A DNA stretch of 64,000 nucleotides from Chrysomallon squamiferum (lineage: Eukaryota > Animalia > Mollusca), in contig CM022665.1 of the NCBI GenBank assembly GCA_012295275.1, positions 7,812,001-7,876,000 of the forward strand, read 5' to 3'. Position numbers and translations under genes: made by a program. Shown piece after piece: positions 25,271 through 38,700 of this stretch. Under the pieces are notes generated by a model. That model was not told where the DNA came from. It was given only the letters and a program-made list of their open reading frames with translations, and did no database searches. Position 1 is the stretch's first letter, and each line of letters opens with the position of its first letter.

Positions 25271-28200
25271 TTATTCAGCAAAGAGTTCTTTTTTTTCACT
25301 TTTTGTCAGTTCAACAAGCCATTTGCTGTATTTTTCATCTGACAGATTATTTGCATGGCAAAACTGAATCAAATTTGTGAGGTGAGCAGATGCTGCTATG
25401 TAAGCTTCCTTCACTTTCTTGACATCTCCTTGATTTGTAAGAAGTTCTATCATCTCTTTGTAACATGTGTACATTATGTATCTTTCACTTTTAGCTCCTT
25501 GACTTTTGGATTCAAACGAGACTGCTTCTTCAAAGTTTTTCAAAGCTTCACTTTCTGCTCCTGATAACTTATAAGCACATCCCAGGTTAACTAAACTTTC
25601 TCTATGAGCTACACTTCCTTTGTTGTAATTCTCTCTGATGCTAACAGCCATCTCTAATGTACTAATTGCATCTTCAGCGTTTCCTTGCTTCAAATACAGC
25701 TGACCCATGGTGTCAAGGATAATACCTCTTTCATAACTGAATAAATCTGGTGCAAATTCCAGTGATGCCAAAGCTGCATCTAACAGAGTCTTTGCTTCCT
25801 GTAGTCTCCCCAGCTCAATGTAAGTTGCAGCTACATTTTTCTGTGAAACAATGACTGCTTTTAATGGTGCTTTGTTCTTTAGTTTTATTTCCAATCCAAG
25901 TTCAAAATATTTTTTAGCATTAAAGTGATCTTCTTTCCTTTTCATCAGCAAGCCTATGTTGTTATAAACAGAACCAACAGAGGGATGGTCTTCTCCAAGT
26001 TTTTTAATAAAACCTCTCAAACCATGAAACATGTAGTTCTCAGCTACAGTAAGATTTCCTAAAATTAAGCAAAACAGAAACAATACATGGCAGAAATAAA
26101 TCTTGCAGTTAAAATGTAATGTTAATAATGCAGAATGCACAGGTTTAAATGGTATTCAGCTGTATAGATTAGCTTCTGTCAGTAAATGAAAGTTAATTGA
26201 TTATTGTTAATTAAAAATAGATTCCAAAGTATTAGTAAACAGATAACACATGAATATATGTATTAATTATGTGTTCTTTATGCTAAAAAAAATGCTATAA
26301 TCAATACCATTTATATAACCAATTAATATTAAATTAATACAAGAAAGATTGTATATTAGAATTTACAAGCTGCTTTATTTTCTTTCATATAATAGAAAAT
26401 ACATTAAATTCATCAGCAAGCCTATGTTGTTATAGATAGAACCAACAGAGGGATGGTCTTCTCCAAGCTTTTTAATACAATCTCTCAAAGCATGAAACAT
26501 ATAGTTCTCAGCTACTGTACGATTTCCTAAAATTAAGCAAAACAGAATCAATACATGGCAGAAATAAATCTTGCAGTTAAAATTTAATGTTAATAATGAA
26601 GAATGCACAGGTTTAAATGGTATTCAGCTTTATAGATTAGCTTCTCTCAGTACATGAAGGTTAATTGATTATTGTTAATTAAGAATAGATTCCAAAATAT
26701 TAGTAAACAGATAACACATGAATATATGTATTAATTATGTGTTCTTTATGCTAAAAAATGTTATAATCAATACCATTTATATAAACAATTAATATTAAAT
26801 TAATACAAGAAAGATTGTGTATTAGAATTTACAAGCTGTTTTATATTCTGTCATGTAATAGAAAATACATTAACACCATTTTGAAGATATCATATTTTGT
26901 ATAAATAAAGTTTTAATCATGAGAAATTAAATATCTTTTCCCAAAATAGAATATTTAATTCAGAAAATAAATAAATTCATCTTTTTATAATTTTCTTTCC
27001 TTGTTTTTAGTATTCAGTATTACATATCTAAATCTGGATATCTCTATGACTCGAGAATTAATTCCTTATAAAAATAACAATAAAACAATTTACATCAAGA
27101 ACAATCCAAACCTTCAATAAAGCAGTAATGACCAAAATAAGACCAGAAACATTTCCACAGCCAATTCAACACTAATGTTACATACAGCACCTTCATTAGT
27201 AGACTTTATTGTTATTCTTAAACTGATCAGCACCATTTTTTCATAAATATGCTACTGGCAATGGACATCAATTATCCTCACAAAGACATCTTTATTAGTA
27301 AGAGAAAGCACCATAGTTTCACCTCCACAAACAAGATCTTAATTCACTACCTGGTAATCACCAGCTAATCACAACACAAACATATTCAGTCTAGACAGGT
27401 CACCGGTTTTGCATCTGTTACCCAAAACTCTCAAATATTTTGTCCATTGTAAACAGAACCTGTGGATTTAGACATGCTGAACTGATATTTTCATTATTAA
27501 TAATAAATTCATATTTTCATTATAAATACTGAACTCATATTCTAGTTGTAAACACTAAATTTTTATTTTTATTATAAATACTACATCAATATTTTCATTA
27601 TATAGACGTGCTGAACAACAATAAGTAACAAGCTCTGGTTCTCACAAACAAGACTGGAACATTTAAATGTACAACCAATGTATAGGTAATGAAATTATTA
27701 GCTATGCAAGTCAACTACTGCTACATGAAATACTCAGGGACACATCATAAACTGTCTGCAGAGTTTATTTGCAAAGAAAATATCCAACAGAATATGAAAG
27801 ATGTATAAATTAAACTAAATAGAAGTTTGTATTTACACAAATTACATGATTTACTCAAAAATAGTGTGGGTTTTCAGGTATAGAGTTCTTCATCAGTAGA
27901 GACAGTTTTTGAGACAAAAAAAATAAATTAAAGTGTCAATACAAAAAAAACCTTCACTTTCTGTGATAATTTTTCTATCTAATACTAGACTCATATTTTC
28001 ATGATAAATACTGATATTTTCTTTATAAACATAAAACTGACATTTCAGTTATAAACACTAAAGTGATATTTTCATTAATAAATTCATATTTTCATTATAA
28101 ATATTAAACTCATATTCTAATTGTAAAAACTAAGGTTGTAATTTTATTATAAACACAACATTAATATTTTCATTTTAAATATAAAAAATATATGTGTATC

Positions 28201-29065
28201 TGTAATGGACATACTAGCCACAAACGTTAACAATACAAATGTTTTTTATAGTATTTCATCTCTTCAAAAACAATATTTTAATTATTTTGGAAATCGCATA
28301 GCAGAAGAGCTGAAGTGGACTGACCTTCTAATCTGTTGCACTTCAGCTTTACAATCTGCAGTTTCCAACAGTTTCAAATAAATAAATAAATAAATACATA
28401 TATCATGTTTCAATTTACTCTTGTTATTAACATGTTTTTTAATAACAGAATATCCACAGCATTTCAACAACTTACCTTCCAAAATATTAGACAATCCAAT
28501 ACAGTTGATATGTCGATAAAGGAAGATGCTGTTCTCACAGCCAGCCTCCTTTAAAACTGACAAACCTCTCTCAAACTGCCTAAAATTAAAACACAAAGAA
28601 ATAATTTCAATCTGCAAATGAACATGTACCTTACAGATCTGAGTAAGTAATTCCTCTTTAATGTATCACTATGTACCCACAGATATTCACACATACACAT
28701 ATACACAAAACATACAGCAATACATACATCCTCATACACATAGATAATAGTGATGTTTATACTGGCATGTAGGTTCAATTGTCTTATAAATTTTCACTAA
28801 TATGCCACTTTTATATATAATATCCAAAGGAATAAAAACAAATGTAGAAAACAGCTTCCTGTATTAGTTTAGTTAATCAGGGTAACAGTTTGTGCCTACT
28901 TGATAGCATCTTGTGGCTGATTCTGAAGATGATATGTCCAACCCAAACTTAACAGAATAGAAGACATGGATTCTGAAGAAGGAAACTGTTCTAAGATTGA
29001 AACTGCTTGTGTCAGCATTTTTATTCCTCCATTAAAATCACACTGTAATAATAATAATAATAATA

Positions 29066-29115
<50 letters not shown>

Positions 29116-29227
29116 AATAATAATAATAATAATGATAAAAGATGTTATTTTTAATACTGAATTATTCACAATAAATGAAAAATTTAAATTACACATATAT
29201 GATTTTTTCACCACTGATTCTTGACCA

Positions 29228-29262
<35 letters not shown>

Positions 29263-32200
29263 AAACAAAAACAACAACAGAAAAAGACAGATATTTACTT
29301 TCTGAAGAACAACATTTCAATAAAATGAAATGATTTAGCTACTGATGGCACATAATGTTAATAAGAAGACAATATTATCTGAATTCATCTGAATGTATTT
29401 CTGCACTCTAATGTTGTTTTAAATCAACCATGCAATCTGACCTTGACATTTGTCAGAGCTCGCCCATAGTGTGTCATTGCTACTGCTCGATCTCTTTCTT
29501 TGCCATACATCTTTGCCAATTCAAAGCATTTAGTGAAATACATAATACATTCATCTATTTAAAAAAATAACAAAACAACAAAATAAAAAAACAATTTACA
29601 TATCATGGATATTACATATATATAAAATCCATTATTACAGTGTCATACTATTACATTAACTGTTGATTCCTATTTACTTATTCTGCAAATATATTTTCTG
29701 TGTCCGTGTGTGTGTTTGCGTGTGTGCGATAACATAACATATAAAATCCTGAGATTTAGGTTCCTAAACACTCAATAAATTATTTTTGTTAAAAATATAT
29801 AACAGTAATCATGCATCATAATAGACTACTATACTATGTGTCAAGTAGTGAATTGTATACAATAATGTTCTGAAGGTGAAGATTCATAAAAAGTAATTCT
29901 CGACAGGTATCTAAACTATGCACCTTGTGGTCAGACTAAATTCAGACATACATCAAGTTTAATCACTGAACATGAATCTCATTTAATTAGCTCCTCTATA
30001 TAAAAAAATATCACAATCTGCTTTAACATTTTCATCTAATGTATCACACTTACTGCCAAAATATTCAATGATGAGATTGGAGGCAGATGCAGCCATTTCT
30101 ATATAGAACGGAAATGTCTCCTGAGCACTGTACTGGACATCTGTGAGAAGTTTCTTCAGGTTTGGGTATTCCTGACTGAAAACAGCATATGCCTCGAGAT
30201 ACTCTTCAGACTCCATTTGCAAACTCAGCTCCTGCATCACCTTGCTGAATGTTCTACAGTACCGCTTCCTTATTTCTACACAAATATTTCAATATATTCT
30301 ACAGTATCACTTTACTTCTACACAAATATTTCAATATATTCTACAGTATCACCTTATTTCTACACAAATATTTCAATATATTCTACAGTATCACCTTATT
30401 TCTACACAAATATTTCAATATATTCTACAGTATCACTTTACTTCTACACAAATATTTCAATATATTCTACAGTATCACTTTACTTCTACACAAATATTTC
30501 AATATATTCTACAGTATCACTTTATTTCTACACAAATATTTCAATATATTCTACAGTATCACCTTATTTCTACACAAATATTTTAATATATTCTACACTA
30601 TCACCTTATTTCTACACAAATAGTTGAATATATTCTACAGTATCACTTTATTTCTACACAAATATTTAATATATTCTACACTATCACCTTATTTCAATAT
30701 ATTCTACAATACCACCTAATTTCTACACAAATATTTCAATATATTCTACAGTATCACCTTATTTCTACACAAAAATTTCAATATATACTCTACAGTATCA
30801 CTTTATTTCTATACAAATATTTCAATATATATTCTACAATATCACCTTATTTCTACACAAATATTTCAATGTATTCTACAGTATCACTTTATTTCTACAC
30901 AAAATAATTTAAAATATTCTAGAATATGACCTTATTTCTATACAAATATTTCAATATATTCTACAGTATCACCTTATTTCTACACAAATATTTTAATATA
31001 TTTTACAGTATTACTTTATTTCTACACAAATATTTCAATATATTCTACAATATCACTTTATTTCTAAACAAATATTTTATATATTCTACAGTATCACCTT
31101 ATTTCTATACAAATATTTTAATATATCCTACACTTTAATCTTATTTCTACACAAACATTTTAATGTTATATAGTATCACAGCAGTGATTTCTATATAAAT
31201 GTTTTAATATATTTTAATATAAAATCTGTAAGTAAAATAAAAAGAAGTCATTTTGTTAAATATACTGGGGGGTGCAAAAGTAGGTATACAGTTATGAAAA
31301 AAAGAAAACATTATTCAAACAAAAAAAGCTAATATAAAAATACATGCATTTTATTAATTTAAATAAATATGGTTAATGATACTCAAAATAAGAAAAATGT
31401 GTCAACTAATTTAATGTGCTACTAACTTCACTGATGTGATACTACTGTATACCTACTTTTGCACACATACCCGTATATTTGTGCTTCACCTGTGTTGTTC
31501 TAGGCAAGCAACAACTCTATACTGAACCATACAATTTAACAAAGCCATTTTACTTCACTAGTCAGTACTGTTTACTGAAGTAAATGCAAGTTTCAAATCA
31601 TGATGTTCATTTTATTGTAGATGTGTGTGTGTGCATCACATGTATGCCTTTATAATGACAGTTTATAATCTGTAACTGAAATAAAAAGAAGTCATTTTGT
31701 TTAATATATCTCTGATTCACTTGTGTTGTTCTAGAAAAGCAAAACGTGACAAATTAATACATAACATCATAGAGAAACTAAGAACTTAACAATGGGAAAC
31801 CAAGCAACAGCTTTACATTGAAGCCTGATATTTAAATAAAACAGATTATTTCGTTATTGGTAGAAATAAAACAAAATTACCTGGAAGATTCTCAATTTTC
31901 AAATACACTTCAAGACAGTCCTGCAGAATTCCATGAATGTTGTATCGCCTTGTTTTTGGTTCAAACTGTATCATGTATCGTTTTTTCAGAGGGACCAGTG
32001 TCTGCTGAATGGTTTCACTTTTAGTAGTATCATCTACATATAAGACAGAAATTTTTATATTGAATTTGACCAAAGCATTTCTCTTCTGTACAACAATATA
32101 CAGTTTTGTATTTATAGAAATTGTATTGTAAAAATTAATAGATCAACACACTTACTATTTTACAGAAGAAAGAAGAAAAATGTCTTGGGCTATAAAACAT

Positions 32201-34320
32201 TAACAGAAATTAAATAATAATAATAATAATAATAATTTAAATTTAAAAAGATTAGAAAAAGAATAGTCCAAGTCATTCATTATACAACAGTTTCTCTACC
32301 ACAAAAAAAATATAAATGTAGAAACTTGAGCAAACAGTAAAATTTTCTTTACACCAGAAAATGCATAATAATTTAAACCAAGTACAAACAAAATTCCAGT
32401 ATTACAACAGTATTTAAGACTGAATGGAAATTCTGAATAAATAAGACTATCTTCTTGCATCTAACCTTTCTCTAGTGAAATGTGTATTTAGTGCAAGTTT
32501 CTTAGTCCAGAGTCAGAAATGAAATATACAATCTCTCTTATCACAAGAATCACTAAGGATAATTGCACACGTTTGTCCAAAAGGTCCTTAAGGAAATGTA
32601 AAGGTCTTTATCATCACAAAGCTCAGAAAGGAAAAAAATGAAAGTGTTCATTACCACAAAAATGTCCAGTGAAATATAAAATCTTTATTACCAAAATGGT
32701 CACTACGGATATATGAATATGTTTATTATTATAAATATCACTAAGAAAAGTTAAGACTCTTTATAATCGCAAAGGTCACTAAAGATAAATAAAATTCAAA
32801 TACCCAATAAGTGACAAGCTTGGATATCTCTGAAGGATCCAGGAATGTATCCCAGAATTGCAAGCCTCTGCTGAAATTCCCTTGTCAGTTGGCTGATAAA
32901 TTTATAGTAAACAGCACCTTAAAGATAACGTTGAAAAATAAGTCACATGTTACCAATATATTTAATCTCTAAAATGGTAATAGAATGTGTTGAAATAAAT
33001 ATGTATCATACGGCACAAAACTAATTATATTAACCAGGTACTTATCTACTGTCGCATTATCCAAATAAATGCTACACATATTTCAAATTATTCCTGTTCC
33101 AAACACTTTATCAACAGCTGGTATGAACAACTGGATTTAAAAAACACCTTACTGCTAATTTAAAAAAATAAATAAATAAAAATTAAATGTTTTATTCTTT
33201 GTTTCATTTCTTCAGATAATAATATAAACTGTGTTAGCTGTTCCAACATAAAATGATGTATTTCTAACCATTACTTCAAGAAATACTTACCAACTTGTTC
33301 TTCTGGTATGTAACTCTCATCACTCAATGCTCGAAGTCTACACTGACTAAGTATTTCAATCATATCTTCAGGTGACGGTGCAACAGGTCCCTGCTGGTTC
33401 ATTTCAAAAGCTACAAATAACACCTCACAGTCCTTATTTTAGGCTATGAATAATTTAAATAAATGTGTGGGTTTTTTTTAATATTATTTACAGTATAAAC
33501 TTAATATTTCAGAAGCCTCCAATGACTTCCATTAAACGTTAGTAAGATCGACAAGTATAGACATAACTATAATACAAGATTTACATCTATTATAAAAATG
33601 AATCAATAATGTAATGATTAATATATCTTTTAGATGTGATAAAAAATTGTTTTTATCATATTTGTTTAATGAACCTGCTATGATTAAGGCTAGAGGCAAG
33701 CCACAACACAGTTCCACAATCTTCTCAAGATGACCTCCAAATCTGACTCTGGTAGCAATGGACTTAACAAGTTCTGATCCATCTGCCGTGTCCATGGGCT
33801 GTAACTCTTGCCAAATGAAAAAAGGAAAGCCACGCGTAACTTGGACAGTGGAAGTAAAAATTATTCGAATGTTGTGACAGGTCTGGATAATGGTGCTGCA
33901 TGTTGCGATGAAAATGTCCTTCAGTGTGCTGGTCAGACAGTCCTCAGCATTGTCAAATGACAGTATGTAAGCATGAGTAAAGTCAGTATCTATTTTCTTA
34001 CACATCTGTAACACCCAGTCATCAGAATTAGTAGAGATTTCATCAATATAATCAAAAGCATGCAGAGTTTTCAAACTAAATGTTTCTACTGATGTCACAT
34101 TCTGTAGGTCAACAGAGATGATCTTTAAATTGGACTGATCACCCAGGTGGTACTGCTGTCTTTTCAAAAATTCCTCCACTGTTCTTGATTTGCCAACTGA
34201 CTTTTGACCAAAGATTCCAAAAACTCTGTTCTTCATCCAAATGTTTTGAAGTGACTTTAGAAATTCATTTCTGCCTGTGAATGGCTGTTCAGTAGCCTCT
34301 GGATCATGATAGTCTTCCAT
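25271..34320 (-). CDS. Gene A: STAND (NB-ARC-like) NTPase-TPR NLR-like protein, ~800 aa, 9 coding exons, intact
   Basis: Exons 34320-33675, 33410-33291, 32917-32804, 32033-31881, 30275-30054, 29554-29442, 29042-28900, 28579-28476, 26058-25271; all GT-AG, phases consistent, 2403 nt. Motifs: FTGR, GQKSVGKS (Walker A), ILSFDNAE (Walker B), CCGLPLAL (GLPL), YNIHGILQD (MHD-like), kinesin-light-chain-type TPRs (LGEDHPSVGSVYNNIG). Confidence 0.88.
26375..26526 (-). other. Truncated duplicate of gene A terminal exon with intact acceptor (candidate alternative last exon)
   Basis: ~468-bp tandem duplication (25942-26406 vs 26410-26872). The upstream copy reads GNRTVAENYMF...NNIGLLMNLMYFLLYERK*. Confidence 0.75.
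30276..31160 (-). repeat. 42-bp splice-acceptor-derived minisatellite in gene A intron 4 (~21 units)
   Basis: Unit in gene sense AAATAAGGTGATACTGTAGAATATATTGAAATATTTGTGTAG; it merges directly into the real exon 5 start AAATAAGGAAGCGGTACTGTAGAA. Unit counts estimated as length/42. Confidence 0.92.
31265..31473. mobile_element. Tc1/mariner-like MITE in gene A intron 4
   Basis: 21-bp perfect inverted repeat GTGCAAAAGTAGGTATACAGT (31272-31292 / 31444-31464), TA flanks; the homologous site in gene B (~38840) is empty. Confidence 0.75.
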
Positions 34321-34812
34321 CTTGGATAGATTTGGTTTTTCGTCAACACATTTTATTTTTTGGTTTCTTCATTATTTTTCCATTTTTATATCATTCACTT
34401 TTCTTTGTTCGTTCTTGCTGTTGGTGGTGTTCTTATTTGTCTTCTTGTTTTTTTTGGGGGGGGGTTGGGGGGCTAAAACAGAACAAAGTAAAAGACCTAT
34501 CTTTAATTAAAAGTATAAAATAACAAACAGAAAAGTACTTATATATGTATATAAGACTTTATGTTATTACCGATTGTTTGTTTTATCTAATAACTTTCAC
34601 TTAATAGAATTTACTTTCAATAAATTATCACCCACATCAGACTAACTTCTTTACTGTCGAAACAAGAAGTTAATAATGTAACGTTACTGCCTCGGAAGTG
34701 TTTACAGAGTTTTTATATTGCTTTTTATTTTATGTTTTCATAACAGTAAATTTTCAAACATAATTTTTGCGTTGATTACCGAGCAGATATAATACCCAGT
34801 AAATGTACTTAC

Positions 34813-35392
34813 CGAAGCTCGATTTAACGTCCGGCTCTGTTGTACAAACATGCAAAGACCTGGCTCAAAGTCAGACTGATACACAGTGCAAAGGTTGTCT
34901 GGTTTTAATTTCTGACAGCTATCTGATATGTTGTTACGTGCTTAGTTTTTCGAGAAATACAAAGGAAGGAAGAAAAATATATAAAAAAAAAAAAAAAAAA
35001 AACGGTTTTGTTTACCAATCAGAAACGCGCAAGAGATCTTTACCTAACGTGTGGGGAATTCCCAATTGTTGGAGGTCGCCAACATCTGACCACCGTTATT
35101 TCATACAGACAATAAAGATTTAATATATATTGTTTATTTTAATGGGTCTCTATTATATTATATTCTACAGTTATCGACTTTGATGATATGAAATATCTAA
35201 TAACCTCATACTATTTTCTGCCTGTCCGTACAGTAACATAATTATTAACTTTTATTTTGTTGACATGTTTAATAAGGAGGAAAATACACGAAAGGAATAT
35301 TAATTAGTTTAATGAAGTTCAACCAAATTTCACTCTAACAAGTACTTCCTTGTTACACAAAAGTTTATATATCCAAAAGTGCGAGTTACCAG
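34813..35392. promoter_or_regulatory. Putative bidirectional promoter of genes A and B with central NF-kB site
   Basis: GGGGAATTCCC at 35053-35063, CCAAT at 35015-35019. Outward-facing donors: minus CG|GTAAGT at 34812, plus CAG|GTAAAT at 35393, consistent with non-coding first exons. Confidence 0.6.
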
Positions 35393-35543
35393 GTAAATTA
35401 TATTAGTATAGGTGTCTTATGCATTTTTTTTTCATCAACATTATCAGTGTCACAAAAAAAAAAAAAGTAAAAAAATAAAGGATGCTTCCATATTCTTTTA
35501 ATTTTTGCTGGTTTATTTTCAATTACAATTTAATACATTTATT

Positions 35544-35588
<45 letters not shown>

Positions 35589-35792
35589 TAACAGAATTAT
35601 TTATTAGTAATTATAATGATGTATAACAAAGTTTAAATAAATGTATTTAGAATTTTGGTATGGACATATGTTACATAAATTTAGTTCACTTATCATTAAA
35701 ACAGGATTTAATTATTTTTGATTTCACTTGTCACTTAAACCTTTGTTTCAAACACAGACATTTCAGTGATTGACAGTGCTTCACGATAAAAG

Positions 35793-38700
35793 ATGGATGC
35801 TGATACTTTAGTTTCACAGAAACTATTTATTGGGAGAACAGATTTTTTAAAGTCATTACAAGATGTGTGGATGAACAACAGAGTTTTTGGAATCTTTGGT
35901 CAAAAGTCAGTGGGAAAATCAAGAACAGTGGAGGAATTTTTGAAAAGACTGGTGTCCAGTTTGGGGGAGCAATCAAATTTACAGACTGTATATGTTGACC
36001 TTCGTAACATCCAAACCATGGAAACCTTTTGTTCAAAGATACTCGATTCTTTTGGTTATTCTGATGAGATCCTGACTCCCAGTGATGACTGGGTGATACA
36101 GATGTGTAAGAAATTAGAGACTGACTTTACTCATGCTTACATACTGTCATTTGACAATGCTGAGGACTGTCTGACCAGCACACTGAAGGACATTTTCATC
36201 GCAACATGCAGCACCATTATCTGGACCTGTCACAACATTCGAATAATTTTTACTTCCACTGTCCAAGTTACGCGTGGCTTTCCTTTTTTCATTTGGCAAG
36301 AGTTACAGCCCATGGACACGGCAGATGGATCAGAACTTGTTAAGTCCATTGCTACCAGAGTCAGATTTGGAGGTCATCTTGAGAAGATTGTGGAACTGTG
36401 TTGTGGCTTGCCTTTGGTTTTAAACATTGTTGGTATGTAATATGAGTGTAGTAATTGTGTTGTTGTTGTTAATGATGTTGTTAATTTAAAAAAATATTTC
36501 TATTTCGATTATATTTACTATGCTTCACCGTCCTGTCAAGAATATAGCTTTCTGAGTGCAATTAGTAATAATTGTGAAATATAAACTGTCATCTTCAGTG
36601 ATATTATTATATTAAAAGGGTTTTATTATATTGTGGCACCATCATCCAACTACTAAAAAGTGAATATCACATTATTAGTAGTAGTACTTAAAATTTACTG
36701 TTTAAATCATTAAACCATCACTGGTATAACCATGTATGGAGGACATTTCAGGACAAAATACTTATAGATACATCCATAATTACTGAAAGTTCTTTTCCTT
36801 TCTTTAAATCTTATATAGACATATAATATTTTAATTTACTCTCCTTTTTATTTTTTTTTATTTTTTTAGGACATGAACTTAGTCAGGAAGGGCCCAGTGC
36901 TACATCACCAGAAGATTTGATTGACCTACTTAGTCAGTGTAGACTTAAATCTTTGACTGACAACAACAACTTTTCAAAGAAATTTACAAGTTAGTATCTT
37001 TAGACTGATACTTACAGTGTAATATGATACTTCTGACATTAATACTTTCCTGTTCTTGGTTGTGTTATAAATAAAAATAAACAGATAATAATAATGTAAA
37101 TTATGGTCTAAATTATTTAGTTCAAATCATTAATTTAAACATTTTTGCCTAACCTGATGTAAATAATTTACCAGTTTGAACTGGTAATGGATAGACAGTT
37201 GAGACATTTATTATAATGCTAAAGTCGATTTCATATATGGATAGTAAGTTATTTTTGTAAGTATAATCAGGTAAAAGCGAATTTTAGAATTTTGATTGTT
37301 TGTGTCATTTCAGAAATCTGGATCTGGCAGGATTTGTCATAGCTTGTTTTCACGAGCGTTCATTTTTCTGACATTTCAGTTTCACTGAAGTCAATTTTAA
37401 TTATTAGAAATATCTAGTTTTTGTTTTTAAAATTATGATTATTTTGAAGGTGCTGTTTACTCTAAATTTATTAGCAAGTTAACAAGGGAATTTCAGCAAA
37501 GACTTGCAATTCTGGGATACATTCCTGGATCCTTCAGTGACCTTCAGGCTTATCACTTACTGGGTATTTGAATTTCACTTTTTCTTAAGTTATTAAATAT
37601 TTACATTTATCCTTATCCTTAAATTCTTTGGGATAATAAAAATGTTCTTACTTTAGTGTACATTTCTTATCAGCTGATGTATTATTAAATACATGTCTGT
37701 TTTTAAAGTTTATATCAAAGCAACCTGCATAAATTAGACATTAAATTCTATTCATTCTATGAAACCTTTCTAACAGTGGCAGAAATCTTGAAAAAAAGGA
37801 GAAAATTGTTATATGTAATTAAAATTTGTTTATAATTTATATTTGTGTATCAGTTCTAATTTCAACATTTAATTAATGCCTTTTTTTTTAACTTTGCTTG
37901 AAGAAATAATTTATCATCCATTACATATTCTAAAACTATAATATACTTTTTCTATTTGCATATATAGAGGATTGTTATTGAAAGTTATTAAAATCATAAA
38001 ATCCACTAGAACTGTGTGAGTACCATCTGTTATTGCTAAATCTTGAAGAAATGATAAATCTGAAAACTGGTCTACTGAAAACTTATTAGCTTGAAATAAA
38101 ATTAATTTCATAGGTGACTTGTTTACAAATCTGGGGTGGTTTTTCCCCATTAAATTCTTCTTTATATTATAAACATAAAAATTAACAGTACAATTAAAAT
38201 CTATACATAAACAAAATGGGTAGAGAAATCCCTTAGTCAAATTCAATTTAAAAATTTCTGTCTTATATGTAGATGATGTTACCAAAAGTGAAACCTTTCA
38301 GCAGACACTGGTCCCTCTGAAAAAACGATGCATGATACAGTTTGAACCAAAAACAAGGCGATACAACATTCATGGAATTCTGCAGGACTGTCTTGAAGTG
38401 TATTTGAAAATTGAGAATCTTCCAGGTAATTTTGTTTTATTCCTGAAAAATAATAATAATAATAATAATAATAGTTGGTATTATTTAAATCTCAGGTTTC
38501 AATGTAAAGCTGTTGCTTGGTTTCCCATTGTTAAGTTCTTTGTTTGTGATGCTATATATTATTCTGTCACTTTTTGCTTTTCTAGAACAACACAAGTGAA
38601 TCAGAGATATATTAAACAAAATGACTTCTTTTTATTTCAGTCACAGATAATAAACTTTCATTATCTAACTGTAAATGTGACACACACACACATACATCTA

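Noticed and set aside
25271-26140. TPR ORFs as stand-alone kinesin light chain or nephrocystin-3 genes
   Set aside because: They start at a splice acceptor and join in phase to upstream STAND exons; no gene symbol can be assigned.
30276-31160. 42-bp and 31-bp arrays as CRISPR arrays
   Set aside because: Units are contiguous with no unique spacers, there are no cas genes, and the context is a eukaryotic intron or flank.
34803-35123. 106-aa ORF in the bidirectional promoter
   Set aside because: Frame not conserved in the duplicate (poly-A length change, 55377-55628) and it overlaps promoter motifs.
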